From assembly GCA_002269645.1 (NCBI GenBank), contig NIVC01000778.1, positions 310,001 to 374,000 of the forward strand: a stretch of DNA of 64,000 nt, read 5' to 3'. Below the pieces are notes generated by a model that had not been told where the DNA came from, did not search any database, and worked only from the letters and a program-made list of their open reading frames with translations. This stretch comes from Macrostomum lignano (taxonomy: Eukaryota). A program made the translations under genes and the position numbers. Position 1 is the first letter of the stretch. Each line of letters begins with the position of its first letter. Shown here piece after piece: positions 43,536 through 54,328 of the stretch.

Positions 43536-46500
43536 GTGCAAGACAAATCAGAAGACTGGATTAGTGAGATTAACATAGGAACTGAACTGACTCAGGAGCA
43601 GAGACAGAAGGTGATCGAAGTCGTCAAGGAGCATTCAGCAGCTTTCTCGCAGCACGAGTTAGACTTAGGCAGAACGCATTTAGTCACACATGAGATTATC
43701 TTGAAGGACAACAACCCAGTTCAGATACCAGCTAGAAAGATTCCACCTCATTGGATCAAGGAGGTAGATGAGCAGTTAGATCTCATGTTGGCTAGAGGCA
43801 TCATTAGGCCTAGTTACTCGCAGTACTCGACTCCATTAGTCATAGTACCTAAGAAAGATGGTTCGCTGAGATTAGTTAACGACTATCGAGCACTAAACAA
43901 CAAATCGGAGTACTTTCCGTATCCAATAACTAATATTAATGAAACATTCTCGTGTCTCCATGGAGCCAGTCAATTTTCTACGTTAGATCTATTCTCAGGA
44001 TATTATCAGATAGCTCTTAGGGAAGAAGATAAATGCAAAACTAGTTTTCCAACTTTACATCGAGGCTCGTTTGAGTACGAAGTTTTGCCAATGGGATTGC
44101 AAGGAGCTCCAGGAACTTTCCAAAGGTGCATGAACTTAGTTCTTAAGGACATTGCACAGAAGTTCGCCATAGCTTACTTAGACGATGTAATAGTTTATAG
44201 TACAGACTTTGAATCTCACTTAGAACACCTGAAAGAAGTGCTCAAAAGACTAATCCAAGCTAATATGAAACTAAAAGCGAAGAAATGTCACCTTTTCAAA
44301 TCAGAACTGCAATATCTAGGACACGTCATAGGCAAATCAGGAATTAAGAGAGATGCATCAAAGTTAGAAGCGATTAGGAACTGGCCGAAACCTAAATCTG
44401 TGACAGAGCTTCGAAGTTTTCTCGGACTCTGTAATTACGAGTATTATCGAAAGTTCGTTAGAGATTTTGCCGAGGTAGCAGCACCACTCTGTGAGCTAAC
44501 GAAGAAGAACATCAAGTGTATCCAGGACAAATGGACCAGGATTCATGATGAATGCTTCGAGCTGTTGAAGGAACGGATGTGTTCCGAAGAAGTGCTTGCT
44601 TACCCAGAGTTTAATACGGACCCCCAAGTTTATTTTGTGTTAGACACTGATGCATCAGATGTCAGAATTGGGGCGGTCTTAAATCAAGTACAGAGCGACG
44701 GAGTTGAGAGACCGATCGCGTATTATAGTCGAAAAATGAGGCAGTCAGAAAGTAGATATCCGATTACGAGGAAGGAGCTTCTAGCGATTGTTGACTCGCT
44801 GAAGTACTTCAGGTTTTACCTCGTAGGGAAACGTTTTAAGGTGCGCACTGATCACAATGCCCTAACCTGGTTGCTTCGCCAGACCGAACAGACAGGCATT
44901 TTAGGTCGTTGGATCGAGAGACTTAGTGAATTTGATTTTGAGATTGAGCATAGAAGTGGCCCTAAGCATGTGAATGCTGATGCTCTATCCAGGATCCCGG
45001 ATCCTCAACAGGATGAGTCATCCCCATATGCCAGGTCGCTTAGCTGTAGGGCAACTGTGAACACAGACCCAGCATCAGCTGTTACTGTGAGCTCAGGCAA
45101 TTCCGCGCAAGCCGAAACCTGTAGTCTGCACAGTGGAGTTACGTCATGCTGTTCGCCGCAGAATATGGCGCCGAACCGACACAATACTCCGAGTTTTAGT
45201 AGCAGGTTGCTAAGCAAAAGGCAAGAACAGGAGCCTAAGGAAAGGCACCCGCTTGTTTGCAATGCACTGCTGAGTGATTACCTTCGTAGCCCTGTGCGTC
45301 GCGAAAAATTGGTCGCAGCTCAGCTAGCCGACCCCGCACTAAGCTATGTCAGGAATCTGATTGAATCTGACTTGCCGAAACCGAACTTTCAAGAAAGACT
45401 AGAATTGTCTCACGAGATTAGAAATCTGCTAGGCTATTATGAACTCTTCAGGATAGAAGACGGTGTTCTCCGAATAGACTTAAATTTAGGGCGGACCGAA
45501 TCTAAAGTGGTGTTGCCCAAGTCTTTGGATGGTGAAGTTTTTCACGAATTCCACGATTCACCGTTAGCAGGTCATCTAGGAAGAGACAAAACTTATCAGC
45601 GAATTAAAGAAAGATTTTGGAGAGTAGGATTAGCTACAGCAGTCGAAAAGTACGTCGCCAAGTGCAAATCCTGTTTAGAAAGTAAATCAAGAAAGCGATG
45701 CAAGGCACCAGTGCAGAATTTTCCTATTGTCGAGCCATTCTCACGCCTTCACATTGATTTGATAGGTCCGATCAGTCAGACTAGCAAATCTGGTAACAAA
45801 TATGTCTTGTCAGTTATTGACAGCACTAGCAAATTTCCGTTTGCGTTTGCAATTAAAAATCAGAAGGCTAAGACAGTAATTAAAATTCTGCAGGAGCGAG
45901 TTTTCGCCGACTTTGGAATACCTCAGTGGATTCACACAGATCAGGGAACACAATTTACAGGGAGAGCATTTAGGAAGTTTCTAGACCTCTATGGGATTAG
46001 GCACACTAGGACAACAAGCTATCATCCACAAAGCAATGGGCTAGTAGAAAATTTAAACAAACAAATTAAGTCAATTCTTACCTGTTTGCTCGAGAAAGAA
46101 CATGCGAACTGGGATGTTCTATTGCCCGGTTGTATAACTGCATTGCGCACCAGCACGCATACAGCCACAGGTTTCAGCCCGCATTATCTTGTGTTTGGAA
46201 GAGAGGCCCGGATGCCGAGTGACAATGTGTTCCAGCAGCCAAAGGCGTTCGCCGATCTGCCTGCTTATGTTCAAGAGCACTTGACTCACCTGCAAGAGGG
46301 GCAAGAACTCGCCAAACAGCGGCTCAAATTAATACAACGTAAGCGTGAGCAGCACTATTCTAACAAACCTAAACAACCAGACTTACCTATAGGGAGCTTA
46401 GTTTTCATTAACAACCCAGTCATCACACAGACAGAAGCCAACAAGTTCCACAGGAAGAGAAGAGCAGTCTACGAGGTCATAGAACAGTTATCAGAAGTAG

Positions 46501-46964
46501 TTTACAGGATTAGATTATTAAACAAAAGTACTAAGGCTAGAAAAGAGGAATTAGTCATGCATAGGGATAATTTACTACCCGTACCAACAGCCGATTACGT
46601 TAGTGAGGAAGAAAAGCCAGAAAGCAGTTGTGCCAGGCGACCGAAACTTCGAGAAAATGTGCCGCTTAATCCGATGTACGAAGCAGCCGACAGTGAGAGT
46701 GAACATGAAGATGAAGTGCAGTTTGTGCCAGTGCAGAGTCAGAATAATGTTCCAGTATCAGTGCAGGATATGCCAGTGCAGGTTATGCCAGTACAAGAAG
46801 ATAATCTACCAGTGCAAAATAATAATGAGCAGCCAGCAATCGAAACTAGACCAGTTAGAGATAGACGGGAGCCGAGTAGATTAGCGATAGACCCAGGCCG
46901 GAAGAGCTATGTGCAAAAGGTAACGGAGTTGTTTAACCCCTACCTGCTCTTCCAGCTCGAATAG
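43536..46964 (+). CDS. pol: Pol: RT, RNase H and integrase (1142-aa open frame)
   Basis: RLVNDYRALN, LDLFSGYYQI, MGLQGAPGTFQR, YLDDVIVYS, TDASD, KELLAIV, RTDHNAL, HDSPLAGHLG...CKSC, LHIDLIG, HTDQGTQF and SNGLVE. Confidence 0.97.
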   Translation: MQDKSEDWISEINIGTELTQEQRQKVIEVVKEHSAAFSQHELDLGRTHLVTHEIILKDNNPVQIPARKIPPHWIKEVDEQLDLMLARGIIRPSYSQYSTPLVIVPKKDGSLRLVNDYRALNNKSEYFPYPITNINETFSCLHGASQFSTLDLFSGYYQIALREEDKCKTSFPTLHRGSFEYEVLPMGLQGAPGTFQRCMNLVLKDIAQKFAIAYLDDVIVYSTDFESHLEHLKEVLKRLIQANMKLKAKKCHLFKSELQYLGHVIGKSGIKRDASKLEAIRNWPKPKSVTELRSFLGLCNYEYYRKFVRDFAEVAAPLCELTKKNIKCIQDKWTRIHDECFELLKERMCSEEVLAYPEFNTDPQVYFVLDTDASDVRIGAVLNQVQSDGVERPIAYYSRKMRQSESRYPITRKELLAIVDSLKYFRFYLVGKRFKVRTDHNALTWLLRQTEQTGILGRWIERLSEFDFEIEHRSGPKHVNADALSRIPDPQQDESSPYARSLSCRATVNTDPASAVTVSSGNSAQAETCSLHSGVTSCCSPQNMAPNRHNTPSFSSRLLSKRQEQEPKERHPLVCNALLSDYLRSPVRREKLVAAQLADPALSYVRNLIESDLPKPNFQERLELSHEIRNLLGYYELFRIEDGVLRIDLNLGRTESKVVLPKSLDGEVFHEFHDSPLAGHLGRDKTYQRIKERFWRVGLATAVEKYVAKCKSCLESKSRKRCKAPVQNFPIVEPFSRLHIDLIGPISQTSKSGNKYVLSVIDSTSKFPFAFAIKNQKAKTVIKILQERVFADFGIPQWIHTDQGTQFTGRAFRKFLDLYGIRHTRTTSYHPQSNGLVENLNKQIKSILTCLLEKEHANWDVLLPGCITALRTSTHTATGFSPHYLVFGREARMPSDNVFQQPKAFADLPAYVQEHLTHLQEGQELAKQRLKLIQRKREQHYSNKPKQPDLPIGSLVFINNPVITQTEANKFHRKRRAVYEVIEQLSEVVYRIRLLNKSTKARKEELVMHRDNLLPVPTADYVSEEEKPESSCARRPKLRENVPLNPMYEAADSESEHEDEVQFVPVQSQNNVPVSVQDMPVQVMPVQEDNLPVQNNNEQPAIETRPVRDRREPSRLAIDPGRKSYVQKVTELFNPYLLFQLE

Positions 46965-46968
46965 CATT

Positions 46969-47805
46969 ATGGCTGACGCCCCGGAGCGGGTATACCCAGT
47001 CAAGACAATTTACTCGGGAAAGAAAAGAAGAAGAAGTAGCCCCGATGAAAACGAACAGCCACAAGTACGATCGGTACGAGCAAGAGAAGCAACTGAGAAG
47101 CCCATAGAAGTTCAGCAGCGAGAGGAAGTGGACAAGGATAAAGAGGCTGGAGAGTTGGTTGTAGATCTGAATGGAGTAGACCTGGAGGAGGCAACGAGAA
47201 GGCATGATGAGGAGGTGCGGCGAGAACAGGAGGAATTCATGGCAGCTCTACTGGGAGTAGAATTACCTGAACTCGAGGAAGAGCTCAGCCCGAAGAACGA
47301 CGCCCCAGCAGAAGTATCGGAACCGCAAGAAATGCCGGAACCTAAGGAAGCGCCGGAGGCGAGGCCGACGACTAATGAGACTCCGGTCGATGTAGCTATC
47401 TTCTTCAGGGCCGACACACCGCAGCCACAAGACCTTGCTGAAAGCAACGAGCAGCCAGGAGCAAGCCCACGAAGTTTCAGGAAGAGTACCAAGGCGCTCA
47501 AAAAGTGGCTGCTAAGAACAGGCAGCACTGGCCACTACGACCCGGCGGTGCCGCCAGAGTGTACTCGATTTCTGGCCCAGGCCACCGCTGAGCAGAAAGT
47601 CCAGTGTATGGAAGTCGCCTGCACGTACGCCCTCCAATATGCTGAGGATAGGGCTAGGGGACCATTGTCGCCCTTCCAAGTAAGTGAGCATCTCCGGGCC
47701 ATGGTCGAATTATTCGACCCAAAGGACAGGCGAACCCCAGCGACTGGCCTCCTTTACCAGTGCTCTCAGCGCGCGCCAACTTGCCGACCGATAGGGCAAC
47801 TCTAA
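46969..47805 (+). CDS. ORF3 of the retrotransposon, 278-aa acidic protein of unknown function
   Basis: Intact ATG-to-stop ORF 4 nt after the pol stop and inside the LTR-bounded element; KKRRR cluster; no signal peptide or TM segment. Confidence 0.7.
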   Translation: MADAPERVYPVKTIYSGKKRRRSSPDENEQPQVRSVRAREATEKPIEVQQREEVDKDKEAGELVVDLNGVDLEEATRRHDEEVRREQEEFMAALLGVELPELEEELSPKNDAPAEVSEPQEMPEPKEAPEARPTTNETPVDVAIFFRADTPQPQDLAESNEQPGASPRSFRKSTKALKKWLLRTGSTGHYDPAVPPECTRFLAQATAEQKVQCMEVACTYALQYAEDRARGPLSPFQVSEHLRAMVELFDPKDRRTPATGLLYQCSQRAPTCRPIGQL

Positions 47806-48391
47806 TAATAGACAAGGATTAACATTTCAGCTTTATTAACCTTTTTCTACACAATTAAACAAGCTTTAATTTTTTCTTCTTCTTCGATGTTGTATGCATT
47901 TTTTTACACAGTGCCATAGTGCCATTTATTTTATTTTTTTCTCAAAATTACTGCACCGCTTCTTTGCCTTACATATATATTTACATATCGACATTATTCA
48001 GGAAAGTAAGCCGATATGTTTAGTATTTGCTTAATATTAATCATGCTCTTCAACCCTTACTGGTTATTAATCATTACTCAAAATTTATTGCTCAATTAAT
48101 ATTGTTATGTATTGCTCAATTATTATTACTATTGCTCACTGCTCAACATTATTGCTCAATTAATATTGCTATGTATTACTCAATTATTATTGCTCGCTTC
48201 ATTAACCATGCTATCATTGCTCAATTATTAATGCTCATTCTTACTTGTAATCCATTAATCATGCTCAATTAATATCGCTCGCATGCCATTACTCAACGAA
48301 ACTAATATTGTCTGCATCACTTTACTTGAAATAAACCCGATAATAACTAAATATGCAAAGGGGTTTGCACATTTTTTTAGTGGGGGGTAAG

Positions 48392-49111
48392 TGTAGTAGG
48401 GGGGTTTAGTTCAAGCAGTTTTGCTAAGGGCGTTTGCCAAGGTTTCCGATTCGTCGAGATAATTATTTTAGTTTTCCGAAATCGAGAATAAGCAGTTTTG
48501 CTTTTACGCTACTGTTAGTAGTTCACCCTCGGGAAAATATCTGAAGCTATGGGAATTCGAGTCTTAGCGGGTTTCTCTATTAGTAAAAGGCTGTTTGGCC
48601 TCGGGAAAAGCATCCTGTTCAGGACCGTCCATTGGACAACATTTGTAAGAGATCTAAGTCTCAAATAAGCCAGACTAAGGGAGTCTCCCCTTTATAAAAT
48701 AAAAGAATATATATAAGAAAGTATAAAAGGTAAGATCGGGGTAAAATAGGGAGGCTAAGAGGAGTCTACCACTTAGTCAAAACGGAGTCTACCGAGAATA
48801 GGAATTAGTACAGTCAGTTAGATAGAAGTAAGGGAAAGGAACCAGGAGTCTACCGGTTCTAATAACATAGTAATAATAGTGCTTAAATCTTTGCATATTT
48901 GGTTCAATAATATCATTTTCTTTTGTTTGTTTATTCCAATAATCTTCCATGAAGTTGACTCTTGTCTCACTTATTTTAATCTAAAACTATTATTATAAGG
49001 GACATTAGTCTGGTGGCAGCAACCTACCAAATTAGAGTACATAATAACAGAAGTAATAATAGAAAACCAGAATAAACCAGTAGCCTAAACCGCAGGTACC
49101 ACGCGTGTCCA
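48392..49111 (+). repeat. 3' LTR (720 bp)
   Basis: Direct repeat of 40398-41117. Confidence 0.97.
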
Positions 49112-49517
49112 GTATCTTATTAACATAAGTCTAAGTATCACTTTGAGTATTAGTCAAAGTACAAGTAAAAATAAAAAATAGCCTAAATATATATTTAAAT
49201 ATTTCTTAGGCTTACTTATCATACATAGCATTACTATTAGCTGTTAGTAATATTCCAAGTTCTTTACAAAATAGCATTTTTATATTCTATATAAAATAGT
49301 CTATAATATAGAAATAATGTATATTAAAAAATTATTAATTACATATAGACTAATTAAATTTGAAAAATATTAATGTTTAGGTTTAGTAAAAAAAGGTTTT
49401 AACACTTATGATTTAAAACATATTTGATTTTTAAAAGTCCATTAAAGTTTAACAAATTTTAATCCTAGATTTTGGATGGTTTACATTTAGGCCTATGCTG
49501 TAAAATTTCAATATATA

Positions 49518-49686
49518 TTACTGCCGACAATTTGACTGCCAACAAAATGACTGCCAACAATATGATTGCCGACAATATGACTGCGGCAATTTGACTGCCA
49601 GCAAAATGACTGCGGCAATTGACTGCCGACAATATAGAAAACAAGAGGCCACCCCTCCTCCTCTCCCCCAGTCCCTCAATGTTTGC

Positions 49687-49740
<54 letters not shown>

Positions 49741-50875
49741 GGAGTTTTATGAGTTTGCTCGCCATCTAAACTTGTGGGCTCCACTGATCACCCTCTCCTT
49801 TTATTATTTGACTCCAAACCCCAAAGTTGGCAACCCCAAACACCAAAACCAAAAGCCTAGCCTAGTTGTGCACAGCTTTATATTGACGAATGAATTTGAA
49901 AAACTTGCTAGGCGCATTCTCGTTATGCAAAAGAGGAGAGAGAGATGAAAGATGAAGGTGGAAAAAGCAGAGTGCAGAGAGACAAGAGAAGTGAATAAAG
50001 GGGAGAGAGTATAGAAGAGGGAAAAGAAGAGGACTAAGGAAAGAGAGGAGTCAAAAGAGGGCAAAGAGAAAAGTACAGAGGAGAGAGGTGAGAGAATATA
50101 CTAGTATAAGAGAGTAAAGATGACAGATGAGAGAGGGGAGATGAGAGAACAGAGATGAGAGAGAAGAGACAAGAGAGAAATGAGAAAACAGAAAAGAAGA
50201 TAGAAGGTTCAAAGGATGCAAGGAACATAGGGATTGAGAGGCAGAAGTAGAGGCCAGAGTTTTTCTGACATTCTCCGCAGCACCCCAACCAACAATATCA
50301 ATAGTTTGCCTCCAATCCTAATTTTACACGAATGTAATCTATCTTATGTTTAACTCTAGATTTTAGAATATATGCAAAATAGTTCCTAAGATTGGAATTC
50401 CCATTTCCCACTATTCAAAATCTGCGGGTTTCAACAGCTGTTACAGCTTGTTGTATAAAAGTTGTGTTCTGTTCTGCATTATTCTAGCTTGTAAATACAA
50501 TATTTCACTACATGCATAGACTTAAAAGGGTTGACAGAGTGCTAAACTTTAGGAGCATCATTTTTCCGGCAGTCATTTTGCTGGCAGTCAAATTTCTTGG
50601 TAGTCAAATTGCCACAGTCATTTTGCTGGCAGTCAAATTGCTGCAGTCATATTGTCAGTAGTCAAATTGCCGCAGGACGCAGTCATATTGTTGGCAGTCA
50701 AATTTCCGCAGTTATTTTGTTGGTAGTCAAATTGTTGGCAGTCATTTTGTCTGCAGTCATTTTGTTCACAGTCATTTTGTTGGCAGTCAAATTGCTTGGC
50801 AGTCAAATTGTCCGCAGTCAAATTGACCGCAGTCAAATTGTGGCAGTCAATTGTCGTGCACCCTCAAAAGATTGC
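49518..50875. mobile_element. Foldback-like element: inverted arrays of 15-bp units around a purine-rich spacer
   Basis: The left array (ACAATTTGACTGCC, 49518-49635) is the reverse complement of the right array (GGCAGTCAAATTG, 50565-50875); (CT)n and AG-rich DNA lie between. No TSD identified. Confidence 0.55.
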
Positions 50876-53849
50876 TTGTTTTCTGCCAATGGTAAATGTA
50901 TGGTTTTAGTTTAAAAAATCTAGAAGTGGGTAAAATTCTCAAATATTTTATAACTATATTTAACTGATGCTGATGTTTTATCAGCATTAGTTCAAGTGCT
51001 TAGAAAGTCAGTTTGTCATTGTAGGGGACAGAATACTTTCAACTTGCAATCAGATAGCTTATAGGCCTAGTAGGACAGTAGCCTAGTTGAATTCCTTATC
51101 CTTACTAAACTATCATGGCTAAATGTTAATAGAAAAGGCTAAGGGGCCAAGGGCCTACGAAAAGTTATTCCAAAACCCTATACATTTTTTATATACATTA
51201 GGCCCTACCCCCCCCTAAGCCCTATTACCTGATCCTTGGTCTGGGGGAATGAGTTGGATGAGTCCAATGAGTGGCACAACAGAAAAAGCAGACAAACTTC
51301 ACATGTCTACAGTTTCTGTCCTGATGACCTGATTGAGGTACAAAGTTGAGACTAGGCCCTATATTTAGACAGAGAATGAGTCAATGAAGAATTGCATCAA
51401 GTTTGAAGTCAATCGCTGTACATGGAGCAAGCTTATTACAGCTGAAAGTTGGTTAATTTTAAACCCTTTACAGTGCTGTCCAGTTGCCAGGAAGGAGAGG
51501 AATTGGAGAGGCAGAGGTTGGGGTGGCTGTCTCACTGACAAAAAGCAGACTAACTTAAAAAAAGTACACAGTGCCATTCAGAATTAACTTCGAGACTCAA
51601 AATTTTACACCATTATGTCACAATAGTTGAAAATTGATTGTGTCCAATTTACAGAGGATTGGTAAAAGTGGAGCGACGCTATAGAGGATTTAGTGAAATT
51701 CTTGCGAAACTGGGCAAGCAAAATTATCTCTTCTCTAAGATAATTACAACTTCCTGAGTTCGGCTAGACAAATTACTTCTTGCCGGTTTTGGTTGGATTC
51801 TCGCTAGCAAAATCCTCGCAAGCAAAATTCCTGCTAGCAAGCTTCGGCTAGCAGATTTCTGCAAGCAAATTTCTCGCTAGCAAACTTCGGCTAGCAGATT
51901 TCCTGCTAGCAAATTTTATAGACCCATTTACACCTTACTAGATTACTTAGACATAGGCACAATGAAGAAGTAACAATAACCTTCATTTAAATTTAATCCT
52001 CTTGACTTGACTTGACTTGACAATGAAATTAGATAAATCATCATTAGTAGTTTGAATCAACAGCCCTTATTGTTAATCATTCTCTAGACAATTTAGTCAA
52101 GATTTTAGGTTTAGAAAATTTTAAAATGTGTTTTAAAAGTATTTTTAATCAAGGAAAAACTCGGAACTAGTAAAACGTTATACGATTTGTTTTAGTATTT
52201 AAGTTTTAGAAGTGGACAGTGAGCAAGAAAATAAAGTTATTTAAAATAAAATATAAATTTTACCGCGCGTTGGATCTTCAGTACTATTTGTACGTCTTGG
52301 TTTAGATAAAGTTAGAAGCGTTTGATTTTATAGTTTCGCTACTAGACTCTTTTCTTTAATAAAACGTAAACAACTTTGTTGGGTATTTAAATATCTTAAA
52401 ATCACATCGCGCTTATTAAAATGAAAGATTTATGATCAATTACATGTAGATGTAAATGGCCCCTATTAATAAGGTATTAATAAGGTTAATAATTAAAGTA
52501 GCTGATCATCGTATGATTCTAGTTGGTTGGTTTGGCTTTTAGGCTATATATTTCTTGTGTAAGCTTAGACATCTTAATTTTATTTCCTACATTTGCCTAG
52601 TACAGTAGAATGCAATGTAAGATGTAGGTCAGTAGATAGCTAGGCCCTTGTTCTAAATCCTAATAAAATTAAATTATTGGACCCTAGAACTAGCTTATTA
52701 TCCTAATTTCTTTTCCAACAATAGTAGTTTTTATAATTAGGTAAAGAATTTATTGTTTTATTTGATTAGGCCAAAATTTAATTTCTAAAATTAAATGGTT
52801 GTAGCTTGTATTGTAGGTTTTATTATATTTTATAAATATTTTTCTTTTTTTAATCGGCCTATTCTAATAAAAATCAATATTGTAATAGACAATGTTACTT
52901 TGAAAACTAAGCTACTAAATGCTACAAAATAATAAATTAAAAACATAGATCTTATTAATTAAAGATATTCCAAAAATGCATTTTCTATTGAAATCAAGAT
53001 CAAAATTAGCTTTTTTCCAAAATCAAAATAAATTGTACAATGTACACTATGACCAACACTCATTTTTAAAGCTCAATATACATTGTTTATAATAGGTTAA
53101 ATCAATATTAGTTAGCTTTTTGTTTGGGTGACAGAGTAATTTGAGTAGGGGCCTATGAGCATGCATATTATGTAATATAACTATATGTGTCACTGGACCA
53201 GTTGTAAGAATTTAATGTAAATTAAAGAAAAGGAAAAAGCTAGGTAGTGGTTCTTATTATATTTGGTTAAAAGACAGCGGAGTAAGAAGTAAGGAGAAGA
53301 ATAAGAAGGTAAAGATTATCCGCAGTTGGCGCCATTTATTTATAGCCATCAAGAGCATTGCCAGAAACTTCTAGAATATTCTGAGTATTATAACAAAACA
53401 AATAATAATTATTGATTCCTATTAGTATTAGATTTGCATTAATTGTAGTATTGCCTTACTGTAATAAATTATACATTGAATATTTATAAATGCAAATATT
53501 AGTATTTGTTACTATGAGAAGAAATTTCAAGAATTTAATTTGTACTCTATAAGGAAATTTCTAGAAATAAATTATTCATATTTAATGCATCAAACTTTTG
53601 CGAAGGTCACTACATGTATACAACTTTTTAAGCCACCCTTTGCCATATACATACAATGAACATATATGTTCAAATAGCATAATGGTATATGTACTAATTA
53701 CTAATTATACATATATACTTTTCTCTGTGCAATGTACATACCATGTTTTTTGCTCTCCTATGTTTGATATATATATATGCAATATACCTGCCATGTTTTT
53801 TGCTTATTATGCTTATTATTCTACTATGTTTGATACATCAAACATAAGA

Positions 53850-53893
<44 letters not shown>

Positions 53894-54030
53894 AACATAG
53901 TATATATATATTAATGGTTTTCAATGGATATTGGGTATATTTTAATATATATTTCACTGATTTGTTGAATAGCAATCAATTTTTGTAAATCATTTTTATA
54001 TGTAGTATGAATAACTTTGTATTATATATA

Positions 54031-54328
54031 CATATAATTAGTAAACCTCCAAATTCGGTTGGCCGTGTAACTTAGTTTTAACAAAAATGCAACGTAGTTT
54101 TTGGGACAAAAATGCAACTTGCATGTAAAAAAACCCTAAAGCAAAATTAACGCAACTTTGGGTAAATGGCAGGAGTAACTATGACTGTCTTAATAAGCCA
54201 AAATGCCTCATCAGCTACTTAGTACTACTACTGGGTGTTTTTCGGGTGGGCATTTTTGCGACTTCCTTGGTTGGCTGCCCAATCGGTCGGCCGGATTGGC
54301 CGACTTGGCCAACCATTGCGCATGTATG
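54031..54328. mobile_element. MITE with CATACATG-type ends carrying a 28S rRNA fragment (copy A)
   Basis: Right end TTGCGCATGTATG, degenerate left end, TATATATA flanks; colinear with 57602-57896. Confidence 0.7.

Larger units (their letters stand above)
40398..49111 (+). mobile_element. Full-length Ty3/gypsy LTR retrotransposon, 8714 bp
   Basis: TG...CA LTRs, 4-bp TSD GTAT (40394-40397, 49112-49115), PBS, PPT (AGTGGGGGGTAAG before 48392), domain order gag-PR-RT-RH-IN and an extra ORF. Confidence 0.98.

Noticed and set aside
46969-47805. env gene
   Set aside because: No signal peptide, furin-plus-fusion-peptide arrangement or TM anchor is visible. The antisense ORF 47112-47528 is a low-complexity shadow.
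51260-51590. Exon-like plus-strand segments
   Set aside because: They would need an intron of about 30 nt, and there is no homology or start context.
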